Source: Magnetospiraceae bacterium
GTDB taxonomy: Bacteria > Pseudomonadota > Alphaproteobacteria > Rhodospirillales > JBMYUJ01
DNA: 64,000 nucleotides
Assembly: GCA_049605255.1 (NCBI GenBank)
Contig: JBMYUJ010000004.1
Coordinates: 1,954 to 65,953, forward strand
Direction of reading: 5' to 3'
Shown here: positions 18,958 through 27,691 of the stretch, piece after piece
How positions within the stretch are numbered: the stretch's first letter is position 1
How the letters are laid out: each line of letters opens with the position of its first letter
Notes under the pieces: generated by a model
Database searches by the model: none
Told to the model about the DNA's origin: nothing
What the model saw: only the letters and a program-made list of their open reading frames with translations
Position numbers and translations under genes: made by a program

Positions 18958-19391
18958 GGTCGAAAGGCCCCTCTCTCGATCGTCTTGCGCATGATCAATT
19001 CATTCCCCACACCGTCGCGGCCCGGTTTGAAATCCACCGAATCCATGCAAGACCGCATGAAATAGACCCCCAGGCCCCCAGGGCGGATTTCCGCCAGATC
19101 GCGGGTGGTCACCGCCGCCATATCCAGGGTCGGCGCATAATCCCGCAATCGGATTTCCAACACCGTTCCGGCAAGACTTAGCATGACCTCGATCTCGCCG
19201 TCCGCCCCCTGATAACCATGGCGGATTATATTCTGGCAGGCTTCGTCTACCGCCCGCACGATATCGTCTTGTTCGCCCTCGCCGCAACCCAGGCATCGTA
19301 GCAACCCCCGCAAGCTGCCGCGCAGCAGTTTTAACCGGGCCGGTTTCGCCGGCAACCGAAATGTCATCAGGGGCTTGGCGCTCTCCGGCAT
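18954..19391 (-). CDS. Anti-sigma regulatory factor-type Ser/Thr protein kinase (RsbW/SpoIIAB-like HATPase_c)
   Basis: From ATG 19391: MPESAKPLMTFRLPAKP...VDEACQNIIRHGY (N-box) ...LRDYAP...RPGGLGVYFM (G-box). About 145 aa, the typical size for RsbW-like kinases. Confidence 0.7.
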   Translation of the reverse strand: MPESAKPLMTFRLPAKPARLKLLRGSLRGLLRCLGCGEGEQDDIVRAVDEACQNIIRHGYQGADGEIEVMLSLAGTVLEIRLRDYAPTLDMAAVTTRDLAEIRPGGLGVYFMRSCMDSVDFKPGRDGVGNELIMRKTIERGAFRP

Positions 19392-19555
19392 GATGGAGCC
19401 TCTCTTACAAATTCGCCAGGCTGGCGCGCCGATGGCAGTCACTATGACCGCATCACATCGCCGCAGCAAACATTGCCAACTTGATTTAACAGCAAAAAGG
19501 TAAAAAAATAATCCACCGCCGCGCGAGTCCCTGCTCGCGGCAGAAGGAAGAGATC

Positions 19556-20452
19556 ATGGCAAAAAAACCAAAAACGACAGACGGCAAAAGCGGCAATGGC
19601 AAAAGCACCTCTGCGAGTGTCCCCATAGCGGATTCCCTGAGCGGCGACATTAAAGCGGATCAGCCTAAGAAAAAGCTGTCCTCGGAGGCATATAATGACG
19701 CCCTGGCCAAGCTGCATGTGGAACTGATCAAGCTGCAAGAGTGGGTCAAAAATGAAGGGCTGAAAGTGGTGGTGGTCTTTGAAGGTCGCGATGCGGCGGG
19801 CAAGGGCGGCACCATCAAGCGCATTACCGAGCCTCTCAACCCTCGTATCTGCCGGGTGGTCGCCCTGGGCACCCCGACGGAAAAGGAAAAAACCCAATGG
19901 TATTTCCAACGTTACGTGGCCGAGCTGCCTGCGGCGGGGGAAATCGTGCTGTTCGACCGCAGTTGGTATAACCGGGCCGGGGTCGAGCGGGTGATGGGTT
20001 TTTGCGAGGACGAGGAATATCGGGAATTCCTCCGCAGTTGCCCGGAATTCGAACGCATGCTGGTGCGTTCTGGCATCATTCTGGTGAAATACTGGTTTTC
20101 GGTCAGCGACGAAGAACAGGAACGCCGATTCGCCGCGCGGGCCAAAAACCCCCTCAAGCGCTGGAAACTCAGCCCCATGGATTTGGAGTCCCGCCGCCGC
20201 TGGGTGGAATATTCCATGGCGAAAGACGTTATGTTCGCCCATACGGATATCAAACAGGCGCCCTGGTTTGTGGTCAATGCGGATGTGAAAAAGCGGGCGC
20301 GGCTGAACTGTATCAGCCATCTCTTGAGCATGATCCCCTACGAAGATCTGACCCCGGGCCCGATCGATCTGGACCCCCGCGAGGAGGACAAACGGGCGGG
20401 ATATGTACGCCCGCCCCTGGAAGATCAGAATTTCGTGCCCGAAGTCTATTGA
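19556..20452 (+). CDS. ppk2: Polyphosphate kinase 2
   Basis: 298 aa with VVVVFEGRDAAGKGGTIKRI (Walker A of PPK2), FDRSWYNRAGVERVMGF and a PPK2 lid region. GAAGGAAGAG lies upstream of the ATG. Confidence 0.9.
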   Translation: MAKKPKTTDGKSGNGKSTSASVPIADSLSGDIKADQPKKKLSSEAYNDALAKLHVELIKLQEWVKNEGLKVVVVFEGRDAAGKGGTIKRITEPLNPRICRVVALGTPTEKEKTQWYFQRYVAELPAAGEIVLFDRSWYNRAGVERVMGFCEDEEYREFLRSCPEFERMLVRSGIILVKYWFSVSDEEQERRFAARAKNPLKRWKLSPMDLESRRRWVEYSMAKDVMFAHTDIKQAPWFVVNADVKKRARLNCISHLLSMIPYEDLTPGPIDLDPREEDKRAGYVRPPLEDQNFVPEVY

Positions 20453-20528
20453 TCCCACGAATCCCACAGTCCCACATCTGATTTCGCCTCTCCCATACCG
20501 ATTCTTTTGAAAGAACCCTGAACGCGCC

Positions 20529-21905
20529 ATGGACCGGATTTCCCTGATCGATACCGCCGCAGACGCAATCCCCGTGGTGGTGGTGAGCCCTAACACGGTG
20601 GATCAATTTTTCGCCTCCCATCCTGAAGCTGCCGCTTGGCTGGGGGCGTCTGGGTTTCAGGGCAAGCCGGGCACGGCGGCGCTCTACCCGGCCGCGACTG
20701 GCGGCCCGGCAGGGGCGGTGGTCGGCATCGGCGCGGATTTCCCGTTGCAGCATTGGGCGGCAGTGGCGGCGAGCCTGCCTGCCGGGACCTACACCCTTGA
20801 CCCCAAGATAGAACCCGCGACGGCGGAACAGGCAGCGCTTGGGTGGGCGTTGGCGGGATACCGATTCGACCGCTACAAGTCCTTTCCCGATGATATGGCC
20901 AAACTGGTCTGGCCCGCGGGCATCGACCGGGCGGCGGTGGCGCGGCTTGTGGAGGCCAATTTCCTGGCCCGGGATTTGGTCAACACCCCCGCCCAGGACA
21001 TGGGCCCCGAGCAATTGGCCGCCCGGGCCGAAGATGTGGCAAAGGCCTTTGGGGCACAGTTTTCCGTGATCATCGGCAATAAACTGTTGGATCAGGGCTA
21101 TCCCGCCGTGCATGCGGTGGGGCGCGCCGCCGCGCAAGCGCCAAGGCTGATCGAGATCACTTGGGGCGCGCCGGATGCCCCGCGCGTGACCCTGGTCGGC
21201 AAGGGGGTATGCTTCGATACGGGCGGGCTGGATATTAAGTCCGCAGGGGGTATGAAGCTGATGAAAAAGGATATGGGCGGGGCGGCCCATGTGCTGGCGT
21301 TGGGGCAGATGATCATGGCCGCCGCGTTGCCGGTGCGCCTGCGGATTCTCATTCCAGCGGTGGAAAATGCCGTGGCTGGCAATGCCTTGCATCCCCTGGA
21401 TGTGGTCCCCACCCGGTCGGGCAAAACCATCGAAATTGGTCATACGGATGCGGAAGGCCGGGTGATCCTGTCTGATGCGCTCGTCGAGGCGGTGCGCGAG
21501 GACCCTGCCTTGGTCATTGATATGGCCACGCTCACGGGGGCGGCCCGGGTTGCCTTGGGCACTGATCTTCCTGCCCTGTTCAGCAATGATGATGCCTGGG
21601 CAGACTCGGTCCTGGCGCAGGGGCTGTCCCAAGGTGATCCCCTTTGGCGGCTGCCACTCTGGGCACCGTACCGGCCGTTCCTGGACTCCGGGGTCGCCGA
21701 TATTTCCAACGAGCCCGCTTCCCCTTTCGGGGGGGCGATTACTGCCGCCTTGTTCCTGAAGGATTTCGTGGGCGAAAAGACGCCCTGGATGCATATTGAC
21801 CTGATGGCTTGGAATCCGCGCGGGCGGCCCGGGCATCCGGAGGGTGCCGCGGCGCAAGGCCTGCGCGCGCTCTTCGGTGCGATTGCAGAACGATTCCCGG
21901 CCTGA
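20529..21905 (+). CDS. M17-family leucyl aminopeptidase
   Basis: 458 aa with VGKGVCFDTGGLDIKSAGGMKLMKKDMGGAA and NTDAEGR-like HTDAEGRVIL, the M17 metal-binding signatures. Confidence 0.85.
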   Translation: MDRISLIDTAADAIPVVVVSPNTVDQFFASHPEAAAWLGASGFQGKPGTAALYPAATGGPAGAVVGIGADFPLQHWAAVAASLPAGTYTLDPKIEPATAEQAALGWALAGYRFDRYKSFPDDMAKLVWPAGIDRAAVARLVEANFLARDLVNTPAQDMGPEQLAARAEDVAKAFGAQFSVIIGNKLLDQGYPAVHAVGRAAAQAPRLIEITWGAPDAPRVTLVGKGVCFDTGGLDIKSAGGMKLMKKDMGGAAHVLALGQMIMAAALPVRLRILIPAVENAVAGNALHPLDVVPTRSGKTIEIGHTDAEGRVILSDALVEAVREDPALVIDMATLTGAARVALGTDLPALFSNDDAWADSVLAQGLSQGDPLWRLPLWAPYRPFLDSGVADISNEPASPFGGAITAALFLKDFVGEKTPWMHIDLMAWNPRGRPGHPEGAAAQGLRALFGAIAERFPA

Positions 21906-21995
21906 TCCTATTTTCCGCTTTTTTCGGTTCCAACGTTGCGACTCGTTCCGCTTTAGGGTAGAAAGAACCGGGATCGAAATAAAAATGTTTTGAAA

Positions 21996-22340
21996 ATGGA
22001 TCTACAACCCCATAAGGCCTTGGATCTTTGGCGAATCGCCACCTTGGAAGGCGTGCGGCAAGAATCGCCCGATCTGTCGGCGCGGCAGATGGCGTTGCTG
22101 CTGACGGTCTACCTGACCCCGCCGCCGCATACAGTGCGGGGCTTGGCCGAAGCGCTAAACGTTTCCAAACCGGCGGTGACCCGGGCCATTGATCGTCTGG
22201 TCGCCCATGACCTGATCCGTCGCAAGCCGGATGAACATGACCGGCGCAGCGTGTTGATCCAACGCACGGTCAAGGGGTCGGTGTTTTTGCGGGAATTTGG
22301 CGAAACCATCGCCCATGCGGCAGGCAATCTGGATCGCTAG
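21996..22340 (+). CDS. MarR-family (winged-helix) transcriptional regulator
   Basis: About 115 aa with LSARQMALLLTVYL...VRGLAEALNVSKPAVTRAIDRLVAHDLIRRKPDEHDRRSVLIQRT, the MarR wHTH pattern. The start is ATG 21996 or TTG 21990. Confidence 0.7.
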   Translation: MDLQPHKALDLWRIATLEGVRQESPDLSARQMALLLTVYLTPPPHTVRGLAEALNVSKPAVTRAIDRLVAHDLIRRKPDEHDRRSVLIQRTVKGSVFLREFGETIAHAAGNLDR

Positions 22341-22366
22341 CAGGTGTTTGCACGGATGCGTCCGGC

Positions 22367-23377
22367 TCAGGTGCCGTTATCGGCCAACCGTTTTTGCCGT
22401 ACCGGGTCTCGGAACCGGCCCAGATAAGACGGCAGCACCACTTCCGCCAGCGTCGGGGTGATTCCCAGGCTTTCCAAGGTGTTGGCATCCTTCGCCACCA
22501 CATTGTCCTTTTCCAGCAATTTGACCTGATCGCGGGTGATCAACGGGTTGGGCAACCAGCCGACCAAGGCCCCTTGAATACGCGCCAGCCACAGGGGCAC
22601 GGGAAGCAACCGGCGGGGCCGTTCCACCTGGTCGAGCACCAGTTCCATCAATTCCTTGAAGCTGTACACCCGAGGGCCGCCTAATTCGAAGGTTTTGCCC
22701 GCATGGGCCGGGTTTTGCAGCCCGGCCAGGATCGCATCGGCCACGTCGCACACATAGACCGGTTGGAACTTGGGCCCGCCATCACCGAAGAAATCGATGG
22801 ATAGGGGCGGGAAGCTAACCTTGGGCATCGACGGTGCGCCGATCACGGGCAACATCCGCAGGATGCGGGACATGCTGGCAAATTTATTGAAGAAATTATC
22901 TTCCGGGCCGAAGACCACGCTGGGCCGCAGGATCACCGCGCTGGGAAAAGCCTCCCGCACCGCCGCTTCGCCTTGCCCCTTGGTTCGGGCATAGTCTGCG
23001 GCGCTGTTAATATCGGCGCCGATGGCTGACACATGCACAAACCGGCTAGCCCCCGCTGCTGCCGCGGCCTTGGCGATATTGCCCGCGCCTTCCCCATGGA
23101 TCTTATCGAAGCTGTTGCCGCCGAATGGCGCGAGGATACCCACCAGGTTGACGACCCAATCGGCGCCCTCTACCGCTTTGCCAACCGCTGCCGTATCGGT
23201 AACGGAAGCGACAACCGAAACCACTTGCCCCGGCACACCGGCGGTGCTCAGAAAGCGCGCGCTTTCCGCGTCGCGGGTGACCACGCGGACCTGCGCGCCT
23301 GTTGCCGCGAGCCGCCGAACCACATGGCGCCCAATGAATCCCGCGCCGCCAAAAACCGTTACGATGGGTTGTTTCAT
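22367..23377 (-). CDS. NAD(P)-binding SDR-family protein, complex I NDUFA9-like
   Basis: From ATG 23377: MKQPIVTVFGGAGFIGRHVVRRLAATGAQVRVVTRD, a Rossmann GxxGxxG. About 336 aa overall with an NDUFA9/NmrA-like look. Confidence 0.8.
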   Translation of the reverse strand: MKQPIVTVFGGAGFIGRHVVRRLAATGAQVRVVTRDAESARFLSTAGVPGQVVSVVASVTDTAAVGKAVEGADWVVNLVGILAPFGGNSFDKIHGEGAGNIAKAAAAAGASRFVHVSAIGADINSAADYARTKGQGEAAVREAFPSAVILRPSVVFGPEDNFFNKFASMSRILRMLPVIGAPSMPKVSFPPLSIDFFGDGGPKFQPVYVCDVADAILAGLQNPAHAGKTFELGGPRVYSFKELMELVLDQVERPRRLLPVPLWLARIQGALVGWLPNPLITRDQVKLLEKDNVVAKDANTLESLGITPTLAEVVLPSYLGRFRDPVRQKRLADNGT

Positions 23378-23498
23378 CGCGCTTCCCCCTGGCCCCCATG
23401 TACCATCTTGATGCGTGCTTTCGCTTATACCCCGAGACGATGGGCTTTCCAAGCCACAACACACCTAAGTATTCCTGCCTGATGCGCCGCAATGGCGG

Positions 23499-23527
23499 TT
23501 GACAAAGCCTTGGTGGCGGGGTACTTG
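23499..23527 (+). promoter_or_regulatory. Candidate sigma70-type promoter for tRNA-Leu (TTGACA-N17-TACTTG)
   Basis: TTGACA at 23499..23504, then a 17-nt spacer, then TACTTG at 23522..23527, ending 32 nt before the tRNA 5' end. The -10 element is weak. Confidence 0.3.
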
Positions 23528-23559
23528 CATGGCCGTTGCCCGCCGCACGACGGCGCGGC

Positions 23560-23646
23560 GCCCAGGTGGCGGAATTGGTAGACGCGCAGGTTTCAGGTAC
23601 CTGTGGCCGCAAGGCCGTGGAAGTTCGAGTCTTCTCCTGGGCACCA
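23560..23646 (+). tRNA. tRNA-Leu (anticodon CAG)
   Basis: Hand-folded. The acceptor GCCCAGG pairs with CCTGGGC, followed by A-CCA. The anticodon stem is CAGGT/ACCTG with loop TTCAGGT. It has a long variable arm (GGCCGCAAGGCC) and a T-loop TTCGAGT. Length 87 nt. Confidence 0.9.
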
Positions 23647-23737
23647 AATGACCCGCGGCTGCCGGGCGCAGGGCCAAGACCCCCCTGTTACCGGGGGCGG
23701 TTTCTTAGGAACAGCGTGGCGAGGCACCGATTTTTCC

Positions 23738-24349
23738 ATGACCATCCATTATCATCAGGGCGACCTGCCCGCCGGGATCGATTTTGGCGATACCATTGCC
23801 ATCGATACGGAAACTATGGGGTTGAACCCGCAGCGGGATCGGCTGTGTGTGGTGCAAATGTCTGGCGGCGACGGCACCGCCCATCTGGTGCATTTTCCCG
23901 AACCGGTGTTTGACGCGCCGAATCTGAAAAAGCTGCTCGCCGATCCGGAAACGGTAAAGCTGTTCCATTTCGGGCGCTTCGATATCGCCACAATCTACAA
24001 ATATCTTGGGGTGCTCTGTGCTCCGGTCTACTGCACGAAAATCGCTTCCAAATTGGTGCGTACCTACACGGACCGGCATGGCCTGAAAGACCTGTGCAAG
24101 GAATTGCTGGACGTCGACCTATCGAAACAGCAGCAAAGCTCCGATTGGGGCGCGGCGGAATTAACGCCAGAACAGCAGGCCTATGCGGCCTCCGATGTGC
24201 TGCATCTGCATGCCATGCGGGACGAACTGAATAAGCGCCTGGAACGGGAAGGGCGGATCGACTTGGCCGCTGCTTGTTTCGAGTTCCTGCCAGACCGCGC
24301 GCTGCTCGACCTGGCGGGGTGGGAAGACGTGGATATTTTCGCCCATTGA
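23738..24349 (+). CDS. 3'-5' exonuclease domain protein (short ribonuclease D-like)
   Basis: From ATG 23738: MTIHYHQGDLPAGIDFGDTIAIDTETMGLNPQRDRLCVVQMS (DEDD ExoI motif DTE) ...LFHFGRFD...YAASDVLHL (ExoIII). About 203 aa. Confidence 0.8.
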   Translation: MTIHYHQGDLPAGIDFGDTIAIDTETMGLNPQRDRLCVVQMSGGDGTAHLVHFPEPVFDAPNLKKLLADPETVKLFHFGRFDIATIYKYLGVLCAPVYCTKIASKLVRTYTDRHGLKDLCKELLDVDLSKQQQSSDWGAAELTPEQQAYAASDVLHLHAMRDELNKRLEREGRIDLAAACFEFLPDRALLDLAGWEDVDIFAH

Positions 24350-25335
24350 CGGACGCGGATAAAAAATTGGACCGGGCCGCCAACCCGGATATCGACTCGG
24401 CCCGCCGGGTGCTGAATGCGGAAGCCGAGGGGCTTGCCGCTTTGGCGGCGGGATTGGACGCGTCTTTCATCACCGCCCTGGACCTGATCGACGGTGTGGC
24501 CGGGCGGGTGGTCGTTACCGGCATGGGTAAAAGTGGCCATGTGGCACGCAAGATCGCGGCTACCCTGGCCTCCACTGGGACCCCGGCATTTTTCGTGCAT
24601 CCGGGCGAGGCCAGTCATGGGGATTTGGGCATGATCACCCGGGCTGATGCCCTGATTGCCCTCTCCAATTCGGGGAAAACCCCGGAATTGTCTGATGTGG
24701 TGGCCCATGCCAAGCGAATCGCCATTCCGTTGATCACCATCACCGGCAAGGCGGGCAGCCCCCTGGCCGAGGCCGCCGACGTGGCGCTGGTGCTGCCGAC
24801 TATGGGTGAGGCCTGCCCCCTGGGGTTGGCGCCCACCACCTCCACCACGGCGACCATGGCCTTGGGCGATGCCCTGGCTGTGGCTTTGCTGGAGCGGAAG
24901 AATTTCTCCTCGGCGGATTTCCGCGCCTTGCATCCGGGGGGGCAACTCGGGCGGCGTTTGCTGAAGGTTGCCGATTTGATGCATGCGGGTGATGAACTGC
25001 CCCTGGTACCTCTGGAGACCAGCATGGCGGATACTTTGTTGGTGATGACCGCCAAACGATTCGGCTGTGTCGGTATTACCGATGCCGCCGGCCGGCTGGA
25101 AGGCATTATCACCGATGGCGATTTGCGCCGCCATATGGGGAATTCCCTGCTGGAGATTCCCGCAGGCGACGTGATGACCCGCCACCCCACCACCATCGGG
25201 CCCAATGCCTTGGCCAGCGAGGCGCTCGGCATCATGAACGATAAATCCATTACGGTGCTGATGGTATTGACCCCGGAAGGCCGTCCAATCGGGATCTTGC
25301 ATATCCACGATTGTCTGCGTGCCGGGATCGCGTGA
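24346..25335 (+). CDS. kdsD: Arabinose-5-phosphate isomerase (KpsF/GutQ/KdsD family; SIS plus tandem CBS)
   Basis: GRVVVTGMGKSGHVARKIAATLASTGTPAFFVHPGEASHGDLG is the SIS motif, and the C-terminus has a CBS pair. The TTG start at 24346 overlaps the upstream TGA (TTGA). About 329 aa, the normal size. Confidence 0.85.
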   Translation: MTDADKKLDRAANPDIDSARRVLNAEAEGLAALAAGLDASFITALDLIDGVAGRVVVTGMGKSGHVARKIAATLASTGTPAFFVHPGEASHGDLGMITRADALIALSNSGKTPELSDVVAHAKRIAIPLITITGKAGSPLAEAADVALVLPTMGEACPLGLAPTTSTTATMALGDALAVALLERKNFSSADFRALHPGGQLGRRLLKVADLMHAGDELPLVPLETSMADTLLVMTAKRFGCVGITDAAGRLEGIITDGDLRRHMGNSLLEIPAGDVMTRHPTTIGPNALASEALGIMNDKSITVLMVLTPEGRPIGILHIHDCLRAGIA

Positions 25336-25345
25336 GTCGCGGGCC

Positions 25346-26038
25346 ATGGCCGATACGGAAGATAAGCCAGACGCCGCGCCGCGAGACCGACTGGCGTTCC
25401 TACAGCAGGGGCCTCAAAAAGCGCCGTTGAATGTCAGCGGCTATGCCCGTTGGACCTCGAACCTCAAAACCGCCTTGGCGGCGGGTGCGGTGATGTTGGT
25501 GATTCTGGTGCTCGCCTGGCCGGAGATTTCCGGCAAGGACACCCGTATCCGGTTGGGTGGCGATCCGACGGAAAAAAGCCCCCAGTCCTTGCAGGATTCC
25601 GCAGATATCACGGTCGCCAATGCCCGCTATCTCGGCACCGACGAAAACGGTCGCCCCTTCAAGGTGACGGCCGAGGTCGCCCGCAATATAGGGGAAACGG
25701 CGTCCCGCGTGGAATTGACCGCGCCGGAGGCCAATATCGAACTGAGTGATACCAGCTGGGTGTCCGCTGCCGCCGGGAAGGGCCTGTATGATCGGGAAAC
25801 GGAAAACCTTTACTTGGACGGAGGGGTGACCGTTAGCAATGAAGCGGGGTATCGTGTTACCACGGAAAGCGCGGAAATCGATTTGGAGGCCGCCACCGCT
25901 GTCGGCACCGCCCCGGTTACCGGGTCCGGGCCGCTGGGTGATCTTAGCGGCGAAGGGTTTGCCATCGAAAACGGGGGCCGTACCTTGCGGTTGACCGGGA
26001 AATCCCGGGTCCTGATACGGGTAGGAGACTTGAAGTGA
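25346..26038 (+). CDS. lptC: LPS export system protein LptC
   Basis: Located between kdsD and lptA. It has a single N-terminal TM helix (ALAAGAVMLVILVLAW) followed by a beta-rich periplasmic domain. The call rests on synteny plus architecture. Confidence 0.7.
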   Translation: MADTEDKPDAAPRDRLAFLQQGPQKAPLNVSGYARWTSNLKTALAAGAVMLVILVLAWPEISGKDTRIRLGGDPTEKSPQSLQDSADITVANARYLGTDENGRPFKVTAEVARNIGETASRVELTAPEANIELSDTSWVSAAAGKGLYDRETENLYLDGGVTVSNEAGYRVTTESAEIDLEAATAVGTAPVTGSGPLGDLSGEGFAIENGGRTLRLTGKSRVLIRVGDLK

Positions 26039-26886
26039 GAATCGGTCTGTTGCGGCGCGGGGGTTGGATTGGAGGGCTGGCTGGGCTGGCCCTGATAGTG
26101 GCTCTTCCCGCCGAGGCATGGGCGCAGGGCATGGATATCGCGGCGGGTGGCGGCGATTCTCCGTTGGAAGTCACCGCAGAAGACGGCATCGAATGGCGCC
26201 AGGATGAAAAAATGTTCCTGGCCCAGGGCAACGCCCGTGCCGTGCGGGGCGATACGGCGGTGCAGGCGGGCGAATTGCGTGCCCATTACCGGCAGCCGGA
26301 AGACGGCGATCCGACGATCTGGAAACTGGATGCCATCGGCAATGTGGTGATCACCCAAGCAGACCGGGTCGCGCGCGGGCATCGGGCGACCTATGATTTG
26401 GAAACAGGGGTGTTTTCCCTCACTGGCGGCGGGCCCAGTCTGGTCTCTGGCGCGGATTCGGTGACGGCCCGCGATGCGCTGGAGTATCGGGTGCAGGCCA
26501 AGCAGGCCGTGGCGAAGGGCGGCGCCAAGGTGGTGCAGGGGGATCGTTTGTTGTTTGCCGATCGCCTGACGGCGGATTTTGCCGACAACAAGGCAGGCGA
26601 TACGGAAATCTCCCGAGTCGAAGCGCAGGGCAATGTCCGCCTGGAAACCAAGGAGGAGGTCGTCATCGCCGACAGAGGCGTTTATACTGTGACCGACGAG
26701 ACCATTATCTTGGACGGGTCTGTGGAGATTACGCGTGGCAAGAACCAGCTTCGGGGCTGCGGCGCGGTGGTGAATCTGAAAACCGGCGTCAGCCGGTTGA
26801 CCTCGTGCAAGGAAGGATCCGGGGAACGGGTGCAGGGCGTCATCTTCCCGGAAAAAGACCAGAAAAATCCGTTGGATAAACAGTAA
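26035..26886 (+). CDS. lptA: LPS transport periplasmic protein LptA (OstA-like)
   Basis: Has a signal peptide ([19 protein letters not shown]) and OstA-like beta-jellyroll repeats. The GTG start overlaps the lptC TGA. It lies in the conserved position before lptB. Confidence 0.8.
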   Translation: MRIGLLRRGGWIGGLAGLALIVALPAEAWAQGMDIAAGGGDSPLEVTAEDGIEWRQDEKMFLAQGNARAVRGDTAVQAGELRAHYRQPEDGDPTIWKLDAIGNVVITQADRVARGHRATYDLETGVFSLTGGGPSLVSGADSVTARDALEYRVQAKQAVAKGGAKVVQGDRLLFADRLTADFADNKAGDTEISRVEAQGNVRLETKEEVVIADRGVYTVTDETIILDGSVEITRGKNQLRGCGAVVNLKTGVSRLTSCKEGSGERVQGVIFPEKDQKNPLDKQ

Positions 26887-26902
26887 AGGGATACCGAACC
26901 GC

Positions 26903-27691
26903 TTGGCTGAGGAAACCGACATTCAGGCCGAAAACACTACCCCGGGCGGTCCGCAGCTCGTGGCGGAGAATAGCGGCTTGCATGCCTTGCGCATCAGCAA
27001 ACAGTTCAAAGGCCGCCCGGTGGTCCGGGATGTCACCTTGCATATCCAGCGCGGCGAGGTGGTTGGCCTGTTGGGCCCCAATGGTGCCGGTAAAACCACC
27101 TGTTTTTATGTCATCACCGGCCTGATTTCCCCCGATGGCGGCCAGGTGGTCCTCGACAACCAGACGGTGACAGAGCTGCCCATGTATCAACGGGCGCGGC
27201 TGGGCATCGGCTACCTGCCGCAGGAAGCCTCGATTTTCCGGGGATTGTCGGTGGAGAATAATATCCGGGCGATCCTGGAAGCCATCGAGCCCGACCGGTC
27301 CGCCCGGGAAAATGCCCTGGAAGACCTGCTTGCGGAATTTTCCATCACCCATCTGCGCCGTGCCCCGGCCCTGGCCTTGTCTGGCGGGGAGCGCCGCCGG
27401 GTGGAAATTGCCCGGGCCCTGGCCTCGAAACCCAGCTTTATCCTGCTTGATGAGCCCCTCGCCGGGATCGACCCCATTGCGGTTGGCGATATCCGCGACC
27501 TCGTCGGGCACTTGCGGGAGCGGGGAATCGGTGTTTTGATCACCGATCACAACGTGCGCGAAACGCTGGATATCATCGATCGTGCCTATATCATTCATGA
27601 TGGCATGGTTTTGATGGAAGGGACCCCGGCGGATATTATCGGCAATGCCGATGTGCGCCGTGTCTATTTGGGTAATAGGTTCTCTTTGTAA
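26903..27691 (+). CDS. lptB: LPS export ABC transporter ATP-binding protein LptB
   Basis: Walker [10 protein letters not shown], signature [15 protein letters not shown], Walker [13 protein letters not shown], and the LptB-typical C-terminus VRRVYLG. The start is TTG 26903. Confidence 0.9.
   Translation: MAEETDIQAENTTPGGPQLVAENSGLHALRISKQFKGRPVVRDVTLHIQRGEVVGLLGPNGAGKTTCFYVITGLISPDGGQVVLDNQTVTELPMYQRARLGIGYLPQEASIFRGLSVENNIRAILEAIEPDRSARENALEDLLAEFSITHLRRAPALALSGGERRRVEIARALASKPSFILLDEPLAGIDPIAVGDIRDLVGHLRERGIGVLITDHNVRETLDIIDRAYIIHDGMVLMEGTPADIIGNADVRRVYLGNRFSL

Noticed and set aside
20313-21857. 514-aa minus-strand ORF antisense to the M17 aminopeptidase
   Set aside because: Antisense GC artefact. 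No motifs, and an Arg/Gly/Pro/His-rich composition.
23536-23913. ORFs 23536..23913 and the 5' part of 23603..24349, which overlap tRNA-Leu
   Set aside because: They read through a well-folded tRNA gene. The real RNase D-like CDS starts at ATG 23738.
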